Assembly (NCBI GenBank): GCA_002633005.1
Contig: NMRA01000446.1
Location: forward strand, 274,334-338,333
Source: Phoronis australis
Taxonomy: Eukaryota > Animalia > Phoronida
Reading direction: 5' to 3'
DNA length: 64,000 bases
Position 1 is the first letter of the stretch; every line of letters starts with the position of its first letter. Below, in pieces: positions 11,651-24,782 of the stretch. The notes below the pieces were generated by a model that did no database searches, was not told the origin of the DNA, and saw only the letters and a list, made by a program, of their open reading frames with translations. Position numbers and translations under genes: made by a program.

Positions 11651-12039
11651 GTCGCGTCTGCGACGCCGTAGCAAGCCGGTAACAGAAAGTAGCTTAGTGA
11701 GTTGCAGTCCTGCAGCTAATCCACTCAGTTATACTCACTCTGGTACCGCCACACTATTAACTCATTTTAAGATACGCTAGGCGTTTCAGAGGTCACGGGG
11801 AGTAGTGTTTGACTCCAAAAGACTCTCGGAGAAGTTCCACAATAACCCACACTTCGGGCCGGCGTGAGACCCGAGTAGAAGTCATACGTTGATCTCTAAA
11901 TGCGAACAATTCACCAACTATAATACATGGCGGTGAGATTTTCTTAATTACTTAAACACTCTATCGCCAAAACAAACATATTTTCTGCGGCCCGACTGTG
12001 AAGTTCGCCGGAAAAACGAATCTTGGCAGTCTTCCACTC

Positions 12040-12400
12040 TTTGACACAGCGCCTCCTATATTGAAAAGTGGACTTGTGGTAACAAGATGAACGACTACCA
12101 TCAATGCGCATGCCTTGGCTGGAATAATACCGATCACATTCGCCACATTTGCATACGCCTTTACGCACTGCACTGTACTTGTTTGGGCTTAAGCCACTGA
12201 ATCGGGGTTCCCAGATTTGAACAAATAGGAATAACTGAATGTTATGGGCTTAAGCCACTAGATCGGAGTTCTCAAATTTCAACAAATAGAAATGACTGAA
12301 TGTTATGAGACGTCAGTTTCATTACTTTAACCAATAAGAAGCCATGTTAAACAGCATTCAACAGTGCTGCATCTTAGTTGTAGCACTGCGAAAGAGTACG
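12040..12400 (+). repeat. Dispersed ~370-bp repeat family, copy 1 (others at 44470-44840 on + and 53030-53395 on -)
   Basis: Shared catcaatgcgcatgccttgg, gcactgtacttgtttgggcttaagccactga and gactgaatgtta blocks. Confidence 0.8.
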
Positions 12401-12637
12401 TGTAGGCTGTCTTCCGTATGTACTCAGTCATCAGGTGGCAAGACTCGCTCATGGTTCCCTGCGTTCCGTTAGGTGGTCAGTAGCCAGCACACAGGTACAT
12501 GTATCAATTTATTTTTGCTCGGGAAATTTTTGTACACCGGCGTTTCTGATTGGCTAGTCGAATTCTCAACAGGCAAGCGCTATACGCAAACAAACTGGCA
12601 TGGCTGATGGACTGAAGTGTAGATGTGGTCTGGTGTA

Positions 12638-13577
12638 TCACTATAAATGTATTTGTATTGAAGGCCTCTGGCCCAAAGTACAATAAACAAAACAATTAAT
12701 CAGGCACATTTGCACAAGCAGTCAACCCATTTAAGAGTTGTTCTCGTCTTTTAAGGGCAAAATACACATATTTAACAGCAGATATATCTGGATTAGCGAG
12801 CAGGCGTATACAGGATTCTTGAGTTGGATGCCTCCATTGAAATTCCTTCATAAAACGTGACCTAAGTTCACAATATCCCTTGCAAACCAACAGGAAATGG
12901 TATTCATCCTCTACAAGACCATCATTGCAAGCCATACATAATCTATTGTAATATTCCACTTTCTCGTGTCTACCCACTTCCACTTGTAGTCTGTGGTTGG
13001 AGCAACGTAAACGAGTAAACGCTTGAATAAGACTATTGTGTAGCGGTAACTTAAGATATGGTTCAAAACAGTACAGAGTCTTAAAGTTAGAGTAGAATTT
13101 AAGTTTTGCATTATGCTCAATTTCTGATCGCCAACCTTGCTCATAACAGTCATTTACTCTTTGCGCGAAGAAACTTAAGAACGAGACTTCGCACGTGACA
13201 CCTTGATTCAACCAAATTTGATAAAAACCGTATTTCGATAGCAATTGTCTAACAGAAGATACCCAAGTATTTCTTCTATTCCTATCTAAATCAACTAACA
13301 TGTCATAAGCCGCTTTAGCGTATCTAGTAGGTGGCATTTTCAATAACTTTAGCCAATATTTTACACACGTGACATAATACTTTGCATAGAGCGGATAAAT
13401 TCCACATTCACCCAATACAGCTGCGTATGAGCAAGAGTTTCCAACTCCAAGAGCAATTTTACAGAATTTAACATAAACATTTTCAAGCCATTCGTACTCT
13501 TTGAATCCCCAGATTTCCGCGCCGTAGCACATAGTTGGTACAGCAATTTTATCAAACAGTTCAAGTGATAGGCTCAA
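12638..13577 (-). mobile_element. 5'-truncated RTEX-like non-LTR retrotransposon with intact ORF2 C-terminus and 12-bp TSD
   Basis: Uninterrupted ~295 codons with LFDKIAVPTMCYGAEIWG, FTRLRCSNHRLQVEVGRH, RLCMACNDGLVEDEYHFLLVC. Short 3' UTR. tggtctggtgta is duplicated at 12626-12637 and 13578-13589. Confidence 0.88.
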
Positions 13578-15614
13578 TGGTCTGGTGTACAAACCAATCG
13601 ATCCTTAAAATTTATGTTCAGGAAATGTGAATCCTAGAAATTGTGGTTGCGCCTTTTCGGAGTATATCTTTCTACTGACTTTTGTTTACGATCATACTGT
13701 TCTGTATTCACACAGTATGAATAACACACCGGTTAAATCGGCCAGATATGTGTTTATTGTACATGTATGTGCTTCAAGCACGAGGCTATTAAACATCACA
13801 AAGAAACAAAATAGTTGCTGCGACGCCACTTGCATGACATGGCTAAAAATCGTTCACAGTCCGCCATTTTTCACGATGTTGTAAAGCTAACCAATGACTG
13901 TTGAGGTTACATCAACCAATGCTAAAGCGCGTGCCACTGCGTGATACCTGCGTGCAGGCTGGGCCGGCACCGACGTAGGGAACCAGCGAGCTGGTTGCAA
14001 GACAGTCTCGTTCATGAGTCGGCTCACCTAGAACTGCCAAACAACATGTATTTATGAGTCCGCTCAAAAGTAGTTCGAGAAAGAGACAATTTATCTGAAA
14101 GGAAAACAGAAAAATTAAGCCCTGCTATCGAAAGTAGAAACGGTCCCTTGGCATTGCTCTCGACGCTCGAGAGATAACTTCATGGGCTACATATGAAGGA
14201 AATCTCACCAGATATCGGTAAGATAGTTTTGGCTAACCAAGTAATTGCAAAAGTTCTTTCAAATTTCTAGAAAACCAGCAACAATTAAATAAAACAAATT
14301 TATTTCGAAGATTTGTTGTATCTATGAAGTTTTAGGATCAAAGATTGATGTTTTATTAATAATATCAGGCGATAAACTTTCTTACGCGGCAACGTGGTCA
14401 TTAATCCATTGAGGTTACAGGCACAGGCTAATTCTAAATATCTTTGCCTGCCATCTGATGTTAGGCAAAATAACTGACCGCGTTTTTAACAAATGATGCA
14501 AAATACATCGTTTTTGCTCTTTTAAGATGTCTCGTTTCGTTGTCAGTTTGCATGTGTCTGCGATTACATTTTCAGGCCAAATAACATGCATGTAAGTCGT
14601 CATGGTCCACGTCCCAACCCGTGACACAACTGGCGACAATGAAACACGAGATGAACAAATTGCGCAGAATTACAAGAATGTATCTCAGACAACACTTGAA
14701 TAATTGTTTAGAGTTTTAACCTTAAAAATGCTTCAAATTTCATATCCAGTTTGGTAGCCCAATGAGCATTGCTTACAAAGCAAGATCGTTGCGCCACCTC
14801 TGGTTTGAGATGCCAATAAAACGCATCACCTTTTGTTATCTATCGTTTTTAGCAGGAAATGAACAACAAAAATACCACTGATTACATCAATGTTTCACAA
14901 CAATGCAGAAAATAGTTTATTTATTTTCCAGTTTGTAATTTATGCAACTCAATCAGCAAATACTGGGACACACAAAACAGAAAAAAGAATATCTTTCACA
15001 CCATCACGCACACAATCACACAATATCTCACTCATCCATTAATAATAAACTTCCAAAGTCTCCCCTATTTTCATTAAACGTTAACATACACGTGTTTTTA
15101 CAGGTTATAATATCTTCACTGCAGCAATCCCGGACAAAATTCAAAAAAACGTTAGCACAGTTTCTTTTCTCTATATCCACTATTTTAAATAAACTGTTTC
15201 AATGAAAGTTTGATAGCTTGAAGATATCAACGGACATACCTACTTGTCAATAACACCATGGTTAAAATCGTGCAAGAATTTTTGATCAACTCACACTCTC
15301 AAGGTGTTTTAATATATGCAGCAAGAGCAAGTATCGTCTTCTTTGACATAGATAATTTTCAAGAAAGAATTTGTGGACATCATTTTAATTGGGAATCAAA
15401 ACTGGAGCAATTTAAAATTTTCAAATATTTTGTAACGTAATGTGATTCACTTGTAGTCGAATGTGTACTAAAAGTGTCTATCCGTGTTCTAAATCAACGG
15501 GGCAGTTAAAACGCTTGCGTTCAATCAGCATTTGAATGATGGTTTTGCAAATGCTACTGAAACAACAGGTGTAGCAAAAGGAAGATTATTGTTATTACTG
15601 TAACCTTGAAAATG

Positions 15615-15791
15615 GGGTTGCTCCGACGTCTGAATATCCCCCCGTGATTGGATTGCTCCGACGTCTGAGTATCCCCCCGTGATTGAGTTGCTCCGACGTC
15701 TGAGTATCCCCACATGATTGGTTTGCTCCGACGTCTGAGTGTCCTCCCGTGAGTGGGTTGCTCCGAAGTCTGAGTATCCCCCGTGATTGCT
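15615..15791. repeat. ~35-bp minisatellite, 5 copies
   Basis: Unit gttgctccgacgtctgagtatccccccgtgattg. Confidence 0.92.
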
Positions 15792-16952
15792 TTCGAGGAC
15801 AATTTCGAAAACCACAGGACTGGTGTGGATAACGAAATATTGATGTACTGGTTTAGGAAGAGCACGACTAATGGAAATTTTGTGGAAGACTAAGAATGGC
15901 ACATTTGTTTTTAAAAGTGTTCCTAGGAACGTATTACAAACGAAGACGACATCTCATTGGAGGCAGACCACGGGCAAAGAACATGCTAACTGCACCGCAG
16001 GTCACCTTTCCAGACCTGTGAAAGCAACGGTTTTCCTAGTCACAAAATACTTGTGAAATTTGCACTATCGCAAATTATAACTCGATATACCATACGCAAT
16101 GTATAACATTTCCACAAGCACAAGGCGAACGTTCGGGTAGTAATTTGGAATTTATCAATTGCTCCAGTTGCACCGTTGGAAGTAAGAAAAATTATCTCCC
16201 CTGACGTGTTTTTCGCGGTTTCTATTTAATTACTAGTAAAAAATGGCTCTTGTGTACAATAATTCTTTGTCTGGTGTGCGATTACTGATAGGGATTATAT
16301 CGTATATAAGCACAACACGGCCTGGTCGTGGTCAAGACGCGGTGGCTTTTGAAGTTCAGCGTTCAAGAACACAACTTTTGTAAAGTGAATCGACAAGTTG
16401 TCCTGGAAAAGAAACACGCATGTCTACCGCACTCCTCAGAGATAATGCATATCCACTAAAGTCGTGACAAGCAAAAGCCGTGAAAATTTCACCAGTTCGC
16501 AGCAACGTTTCAATAAAACCCTTCCAAAACACGTGTGACAACTACCCAGGATGCTTTTGAAAGTTTAATGGTGAGTGGTATTGGCTTCAAAAGCGATACG
16601 ATCACAGAAATAATGTTGTAACAACACTCATGCCTAGTGATTTTACGTTTCTACCCGTACATAACGTAGAATTGTCGTGAGGACTTGACGGCTAGGGACC
16701 TCAGGATTCTCACACTCCACTGATTTATCCACATTATTTTGAAAACACTTTGCCTGGTCACACATTGTGTGTCATAAAAGGGATAAGCATACCTGCAGCT
16801 GACGCAGCAAGTAGAACTACTCTCTTTTATCACATCGGTGTAGACTCACAGTTGAACTGTGGTTTTTTGTTCACCCCAGACCGTCCGGAGTTGCACCATA
16901 CACCAACTGAGGACGGTCTCTCACGACGATTTATCGTTATGCTTAATCCTCT

Positions 16953-17216
16953 CACCACCACCACCTGTACCACCACCACCACCACCACCACCACCACCAC
17001 CTCCAAAATAATAACAAGTACATCAAAGAAAATTAATGCTTGAAATAAAACACCATGTAAACACACACATGTATACACACACGTATACACACACGTATAC
17101 ACACACGTATACACACACGTATACACACACGTATACACACACGTATACACACACGTATACAAACACGTATACACACACGTATACACACACGTATACACAC
17201 ATGTATACACACACAT
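16953..17216. repeat. (CAC)n run followed by a 12-bp (GTATACACACAC)n array
   Basis: Directly visible at 16953-17002 and 17060-17216. Confidence 0.95.
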
Positions 17217-19164
17217 GTAACATAAAATCATGGTTGCTACTGGTAAGTAATAAGGGTTTCCCTAAAAACAGTTTGAAGGGGTTGGATATTTCATAGAATA
17301 AAGTAATTATTCATGCAGTATTTAAAATGTTCATACTTAGGGATAATCTAGTCCCTAGAGCATTTGTAAAAATGATATTGACATATATTCAACATGAAGT
17401 TTGTATCCTAAGACTACATCCAAATGATGCCATCAAAATATTGTTTTACCTAAGATTAGACTGTGTTGGGCTGTTAAGCAGACTAAGACTTTTGAATATC
17501 GTATTACACAATTTTCACGAATGAAAATCCGCAAACACTGTGGTTAAAGGTTTCAGCAGCTCCAAAGAATAAACATGTCCTTGCTAACTAATCGCATATT
17601 TTCAAAACTCATGTTGCATAAGTCTTTCTGTGAGTATAATAATAATATTTAAAAGTGCTAACAAAAGAGTTCTTGAAAGTTGACAAGGCTTACAAAGAGC
17701 TGTTGTTGTTCAAATAGTTCAAGCTTCCTGTTTTAGTTCATACTAATCAATAAAACTAAAATTTGGTTTAGTATCGTTTTATGTTGCCGTTTATAAGATG
17801 GAAAATGCAATTGACATGTCTTGGCCGCATTTGCAATAAGTGTGGTTAGCGACGATACATGAGAGTTACATGTATGCTCAATCCAATGGAAAATCAAGAC
17901 ATACCGATGACTAATCAATCTTCAACCAGTAAAGAATTACGTGACATCACAGTGCAGTATCGGCAATTACTGAAATTAAGAGTAATTGTACGTCTATAGG
18001 CACTGAACGTCAATTTTCTTTTAGATGTGAATGAATGGGCAGGCTCGAGGGAAGCAATGGCGACGAAGATGACCAACGGAAGTAGTGACCGTCAGTGAAC
18101 TTATGAATGACGATGGTTATGCCGATGTTGTTGATGATGATGATACCATGACGACGACCAAAATGACGGCGATAGTGGTAACACTTCAACTATATATGAG
18201 TGTTCCCTATCCTTTATAGTCATGTTCACTACTGTTTAAATAAACAAGTTTGTGGCTTTCCTCTGGAAGATTCTAACTGCATAATTTTATCAAGATCGTC
18301 CGACACTTATTCTCACACAGCGCACGTGCTGACGATGGTCAGAGTTTGAAATCGAAACGCTGAAACAATTATTGTCTATGCTTACTTCCAGAATTTGCTG
18401 AAATGGCTAATTCAATTCTTGTCGGAACTAACCGTGCTGTACAGTAGTGATACACAGGGTACGGGTCTACTAACAGACATGTGCAATCTCGAGGTTAGTC
18501 CTACCGTTTCCCGAATCAGGAAAAACGATTAAGCGTCCCCGGGGTAAACATCTCAGAATCAATATACATTCAATGGTTTATGTGTAATATGCCATGTTTC
18601 TTTGGACAGGGACGAAACAAAATTACCATTGATCGGTCGTAAACGTTTATATTTGGGCTGTTTGCCCAAGGGAATGTTTGCAAGAGCCGTGAATCCGTCT
18701 AATCAAATGTTTCAACCTTTTAACACAGGTAATCATGAGAATCACTGCTTGCCCAGATTATAATTTGATAAACAAAATGCATTTGAACTGAGGTTATACT
18801 AAACAATCAAGGGTTTGTACTAAGCAGTCGGGGGGGGGGGGNGAGACCTCAGTGAATAGTTGTCGATGGTACGCACGTGCATATGAGGAAGACACTAAAT
18901 AACCGAGGCTTTCGTCTCCAACTGTCTCTTTCTCGCACTGTAGACGCATCTCACACGCGTCCGGGGAGGCGGTAATGTTTTATTCTTCATGCCAGCGCCA
19001 ATAAAGACTGGTGTAGACCCCTTTTCTTGTAAATAAGAGACTGACATTTTCTCGCGTCTCGTTTTAATCAACACTTTTCACACGTCATAACACCTCATAG
19101 CCGAGAATATATGTTTGAACATTTTCCAGTGAACTCTGGTTTCGGTAATGCGTTTTTATCTCAC

Positions 19165-19640
<476 letters not shown>

Positions 19641-20120
19641 GACAATGGCGATTCTCCCCACCCAGTCGTTACGAGTTCTCTCCCATTAATAGGGGCTGAT
19701 GCACAGAATTGAGTTTGGGGGCCAGCGTCATTGACCGTTAGATGAACAACTCAACATACGCAAACGTTTCCATGTGACATTTCGTTAAGGGAACGTAAAC
19801 CGCCTAGCGCTACTTACGGCCAGGATTCCTTACATATCCCTTTAATGACATGTTTAGTCAGTGGATAAACACAAATGCGTAAGGAATAACAATGCCCAGG
19901 CGTAAATATTCAAGAAAATTTTACAGAGATTACGTATTGGGGTAAGCACAGAATAGCTAGGTTGCCTTTACAACAATTTTTCTGTGATCATATCTCTTCT
20001 TTATTTGTGCGGCGATCGTCCGGTTTTTGATCTTATTGTGGCCACAAACAGATTTAATTATCCATATCTCTTCTGATGGCAATACCACTTCCATTTAAAC
20101 ATAAAACAACATCCTCCGTT

Positions 20121-20197
20121 GTCTTGCCTACTTGGGAAGTCTTGCCTACTTGGGAAGTCTTGCCTACTTGGGAAGTCTTGCCTACTTGGGAAGTCTT
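20121..20197. repeat. 18-bp tandem repeat x4
   Basis: (gtcttgcctacttgggaa)4, perfect copies. Confidence 0.95.
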
Positions 20198-21203
20198 GTT
20201 ATTTAAAGGTTGTCGTAAGCTGATGAAAATCTCATGTTACAGTTTAATTAATGGATATGCGTCATTCCTGACGAGTGCAATAGGCATGCGTTTTTCATTT
20301 TCAGGACAACATTTCGGTTCACTTTGCAAAGGTCTATGATTTTTGAGCGTTGAATTTCTATGAAACAAAATACTCCTCCATGACCCTCGTAAACCCTCAG
20401 AAGTGTGAAGCAAATTTAAAAACGCCTAACGGCAATTAAGTCTGCTAAGCGGACACGCGTGTCACTACGCTTTAGGCGAATTACACCACTGCAGGAACAG
20501 ACCAAGAACCATAACATCCCTCCCGTGATTTACCAGCTCCTGTCACTCAAGTGAGACGCCAATGGTGCATTAGCAGAGGCAGAACGACGGTGGTAGAAAT
20601 CACCAAACCAGGGCTTAGTATCCTTTTAAACAAGGAAAGCTGCCAGGTTGAGTCCTGCACGTGCAGAACAGCTTGATTAAGGCCATACGTCTATTGTATC
20701 GTCAGGCTTACAATTGTAGGCCTATGCAAGGCATTTAAACCCTTGAAAATCGTTGGCGAAGACATGACAGGTAGTGTTATTGGAAATAGTGATTAGCATA
20801 ATTATATGCTAATAGCTTGCAACACTATACAGCTCTTAGCTGTTTTGTTTTGAAAAAATGATGCGGTTTGTGGTATTTTTGTCGTGCATTTCCCGCTAAT
20901 TTGAATCCGTTTTATTCTGGCTAAGTCTTGACAAATTCTCAACACGGGTGTTGCTCCATTCAGGTTATTGAAATCGCACAAGTCCATAACGCAAATAAAC
21001 AATAAGCGGCAATAGGCGCAATAACGCCACATTAAACGCCGACACTAGTAAGATAAAAACTCTATTTTATTGCGACCAAAGTTCCCCTAAATTACCAAAT
21101 GAAAGCGCTCTGAGGTGCGACACAAATCGAATGAAACGATTAGAGGAAGGTTGACGACAAAACCAAAAAAAGCCACCACAACCCCGACGTTCATTGAACC
21201 AAC

Positions 21204-21273
21204 CATGGGCGGGGCACCACAGGATGGGTGGAGGGGCTGTAGCCCCACTTTTTTCAGTGCTGCGCTGCCTGTG
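21204..21273. mobile_element. MITE, CATGGGCGG family (inverted relative to the 6605 copy)
   Basis: catgggcggggcacca...gccccacttttttcagtgctgcgctgcctgtg; flanks ccaac/ccatc. Confidence 0.7.
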
Positions 21274-22519
21274 CCATCGTGTCGCAGTAACTTATAACAA
21301 CAAAATTACATTGAGGAACCAGTAAACAAAAGAGCATTCATCAAACAAAAATCGAATAACCAGAGAATGGTAAATTGAGGGCGAGGAATCGACACCCCTG
21401 ATGGACTTGAGGAGATCTATCTAAATGCCAAATTTCAAAAGGTTCTTCCTGAAGATCCCGAATACGAAGCGCCGGAAAAAATATTAAAAATGCCCGTCAG
21501 ATTTCGCTCCCTCAAAAACAGGTCTCAGCCTTTTGACGAGGTACGCACTGTATGTAGAATTCATCTGGATCAGAAGAGAAATGCGACCTGTAGCCTAAAT
21601 ATGCATAATTTTATATGATAGACCAACAAAGATGAACCGAATAATTGGTCAATAAAAGAACAAGCACATATCTCGACAACGTTAAGTCGTAACCGGATAT
21701 CCCTTGACGATATATATCAACAGAAAGCAATTAAAAGAATCCGTCTAGTGTCGCCGCAGATATAGAACGAGAAATCAATATACTGGAAGACGGTATTCGA
21801 AAAATCTCGAGGAACTCAAGAATGACGAGTTGTAACGATACAATTTAAAGTAGTTCTTGACGAGATTTATCTTACGTATCAAATTTCAACAGAACCTCTA
21901 AAAAACTCCGGAGCTAGAGCGCCATATAGTGTTTAGTGTCGACCAAAGCTGAAAGGTCTCAGTTACATGACGTGTGAAAATTGTATGCCGGTCGGACGTG
22001 ATAATGAGACGTAAGATTTTACCAAAACAGTTTAAATTCAAGTTTTTGTGAGCATTGAAGGCTGAGAAACGTACCATTTGCCCGGGCAACCATACGTGCC
22101 GAGTGTTGCACAATATATCCCAACAACTTCTCGTGCGACTTTTGAGACCAGTTACGGAGAGCCAGTTTAACCGTCTCTTGGCTAACTATTCATTTGTTGT
22201 TATGATGGAAGTTTACACACGCGCAGATATGAAACACCTGCGAGGGATAATTTGAAGCTAGGAAAATACCCGAGATTTTCCGCGACAATGGGCCTTAGAG
22301 GAGAGGAGGATGGGTTGTCTTATCAACTCGAATAGAGGTTTCCGTTCCCCAAATAATGAACAGCGACGGATTCCGTGTGGATTGGTATTCTGAAATTTGT
22401 GTAGATGAGAACCTTTAACTACAGAATTCATTCACAAAATAATGTGAAAAAGTGGAGATGAACAATGGCGTACGGACGAAGTATTTGTGAAGAAGAAGGA
22501 AGCTGCTCAAAACCTGGCG

Positions 22520-22820
22520 CTTAAAACTTAAAACTTAAGTGACTTAAGACTAAAGTGACTTAAGACTAAAGTGACTTAAGACTAAAGTGACTTAAGACTT
22601 AAGACAGACATTTGGTCTTAAGGTCCCACTTCACAAATGTTAAATAAGTTTTAGTCAAGTAATTATTAGCGCATCACAGTCTAGAAATAATTTATAGAAA
22701 TCATCTCAGTAATTAGCAGTTATGTGCTTATTCTATTTTAAAGAAATAATTGTGTGGAGCGTAAGACCAAATTTCAGTCTTAAGTAAGTATTAAGTCACC
22801 TTTCATTAAATAAACCCCAG
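22520..22820. mobile_element. Foldback MITE-like element with a 16-bp minisatellite expanded from its arm
   Basis: acttaagacagacatttggtctta (22597-22620) is inverted at 22762-22785; (gacttaagactaaagt)n at ~22540-22600. Confidence 0.6.
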
Positions 22821-23353
22821 AACCATTTTGACCATGTTTTAATCGTTCTGTCTCAATAGACAAAGTGTCAATAATCGTTGATATGTGAATTTAAAGGAGA
22901 ATGCCACCCTAAAAACAACCTATTTTGTATAAATTTAGATCGAGTAGTTCCATTCGATGACGGCAGACGGAGGTGTTGAATTATCCAATGACGTCATTGG
23001 TTTCACACCCAGTCTGTTCAGCAGTTCACAACACGGGTTACTGGTGTCAGCCTATCGCTTGAATTCATCGTTTAACACCAATAAATGATCAAACTTCGAT
23101 GTAAAACGCTTAAAAATATACCGAGTTCTTACAAAAACACTTGCTGTTTTATTTCGCTGTCACGGATTTATTGGTATTTGGACACATCGTAGCCTACAAA
23201 GTTCGGCAAGCCAATTTGCCAAAGTCCGTAGCAGAAGTTTGGGGTCTGTTCGGAGATAAATTCGAAGATTCTTCCGTGAAATACAGACAGGAGAACCTAG
23301 ATCTGTGTTGTTTAGACTTGTGATTTTTTGAGTTCTAAACACACAAAACGCTT

Positions 23354-23462
23354 GTTATCCAGGCCAGTGGCTCGGAACCCGATCAGGCCCGTCGCGGCCG
23401 GACTGATTCGTTATCCCAGCCAGTGGTTCGGAACCCGATCAGGCTTGTCGCGGCCGGACTGA
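23354..23462. repeat. ~55-bp direct duplication inside the Kolobok-like element
   Basis: ttatcc(c)a(g)gccagtgg(c/t)tcggaacccgatcaggc..gtcgcggccggactga occurs twice. Confidence 0.85.
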
Positions 23463-23996
23463 AGACATCACAAACATAAACCAGCCAAAAATGGAAAATA
23501 AACTTCCAGTCAAGAAAATGCTATACTAGTGAGCCAAAGAAGTAAGGTGCACGTGAATATGTTGGTGAATTAGCCACGAAACTGAAAATCTACTGACTAG
23601 CTCGTCGGGGGCTGTGAAGACAGGTTCCCCTTTGGCCACGGAACCGTCAGGGCAGAAGTTGTACATTGACAATCATTATTTGAATAATGTATATGTAAAT
23701 AAAGATTCCCCTAACACCTGTCTGTGGGATAGAAAATCGAGTTATTGTTTCACAACAGTTTCTGTCAGCAAACACTGAATTAGCATGCGCTCACACTGGT
23801 CAATTAGTTTTATTGCACCTAAAGCCCGTAACGCAGTGATTTATTCATTGCTGGCTTCTCATCATTCAAATCATTTGCACTCACGAACACTCCAAATGCA
23901 TTACAAATTGCATCTAATGAGACAGACTTTGTTTCAGTATTGGTTAGGGTGAGAATAATTCATTTTGAAACATAACGCTGAGTATTAAACGTCAAC

Positions 23997-24419
23997 ATGG
24001 CAACTCGCAATTCCTATTTGGAGGAGTACTCATCTGACGAAGACTTCCCAGGTAGATCCTTAGGTTTCTCAGGATATCAGTTCGAACCAGAATACACTGA
24101 TCAAGAAATGTTAGAGAGGCGATGTGAACGTGCACAGACAATGGAGCATATGGATAGTTCCGAAACCTCCTCAATGACTTGTCATGGTGTCAGTGCGCTA
24201 ACTGCACCATAATGGAAACGACTGACGCTTGTGTTTGTTGCCACACGAAATTCAACATGTGAAACACCTTCTTGGAGAAGCAGAAATGTGTCTCACGGAT
24301 CACCCTGATTTTACACCGCATCTGAACAGAGATGTGCTCACGACGTTTTTAAGGGCTGGGAAAAGGAACTGCCGAAAACTTCCTACACCCAGAGGACCAA
24401 ACAGAAGCCTAACGAACGA
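23997..24419 (+). pseudogene. Frameshifted P2X7 cytoplasmic-ballast/nanor-like Cys-rich domain exon
   Basis: GYQFEPEYTDQE, then across frameshifts WCQCANCTIMETTDACVCCH-EIQHV...CLTDHPDF..LNRDVL; ends at a GTAAGT donor. Confidence 0.75.
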
Positions 24420-24489
24420 GTAAGTCATGAAACAGGTTACAGAACATGCTCGCACCCAGCCTAAACTATAGGAGTGGGCCTGCCGAACG

Positions 24490-24782
24490 CAAACACACTA
24501 GGCACAGCATCTGACGTCAGCTTGGGTCGCTTTTTCTGCCCTGGCATGAGCTGTTTGGCAAGCCGGGATTCGTCAGTGAAATCACTGTCCACGAAATGCC
24601 GGCCACAGACACGGAGATGTTTGACGGCCTCGTAATTGGTATGAACGCCGTACTTTTCATTTTTCGCTGCCGCGAGTCACTTGCGAAGCATTTTCGGGCT
24701 CTAGAGGAAATCGAAAAAACGATGTACCTGCTTTCCTCGCAGCTGCATAGTTCGCACAAGTGGAAGGAACACACCACACCAT
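24490..24782 (-). pseudogene. THAP zinc-finger domain relic (probable transposase N-terminus)
   Basis: MVWCVPSTCANY...SFFRFPLEP, a frameshift, KMLRK*(W to TGA)LAA...LRVCGRHF...KLTSDAVPSVF: the C2CH THAP signature with AVPTIF-type box. Confidence 0.82.

Noticed and set aside
15615-15791. 35-bp repeats as CRISPR or a repeat-protein ORF
   Set aside because: Head-to-tail minisatellite; the unit is not a multiple of three and the ORFs change frame.
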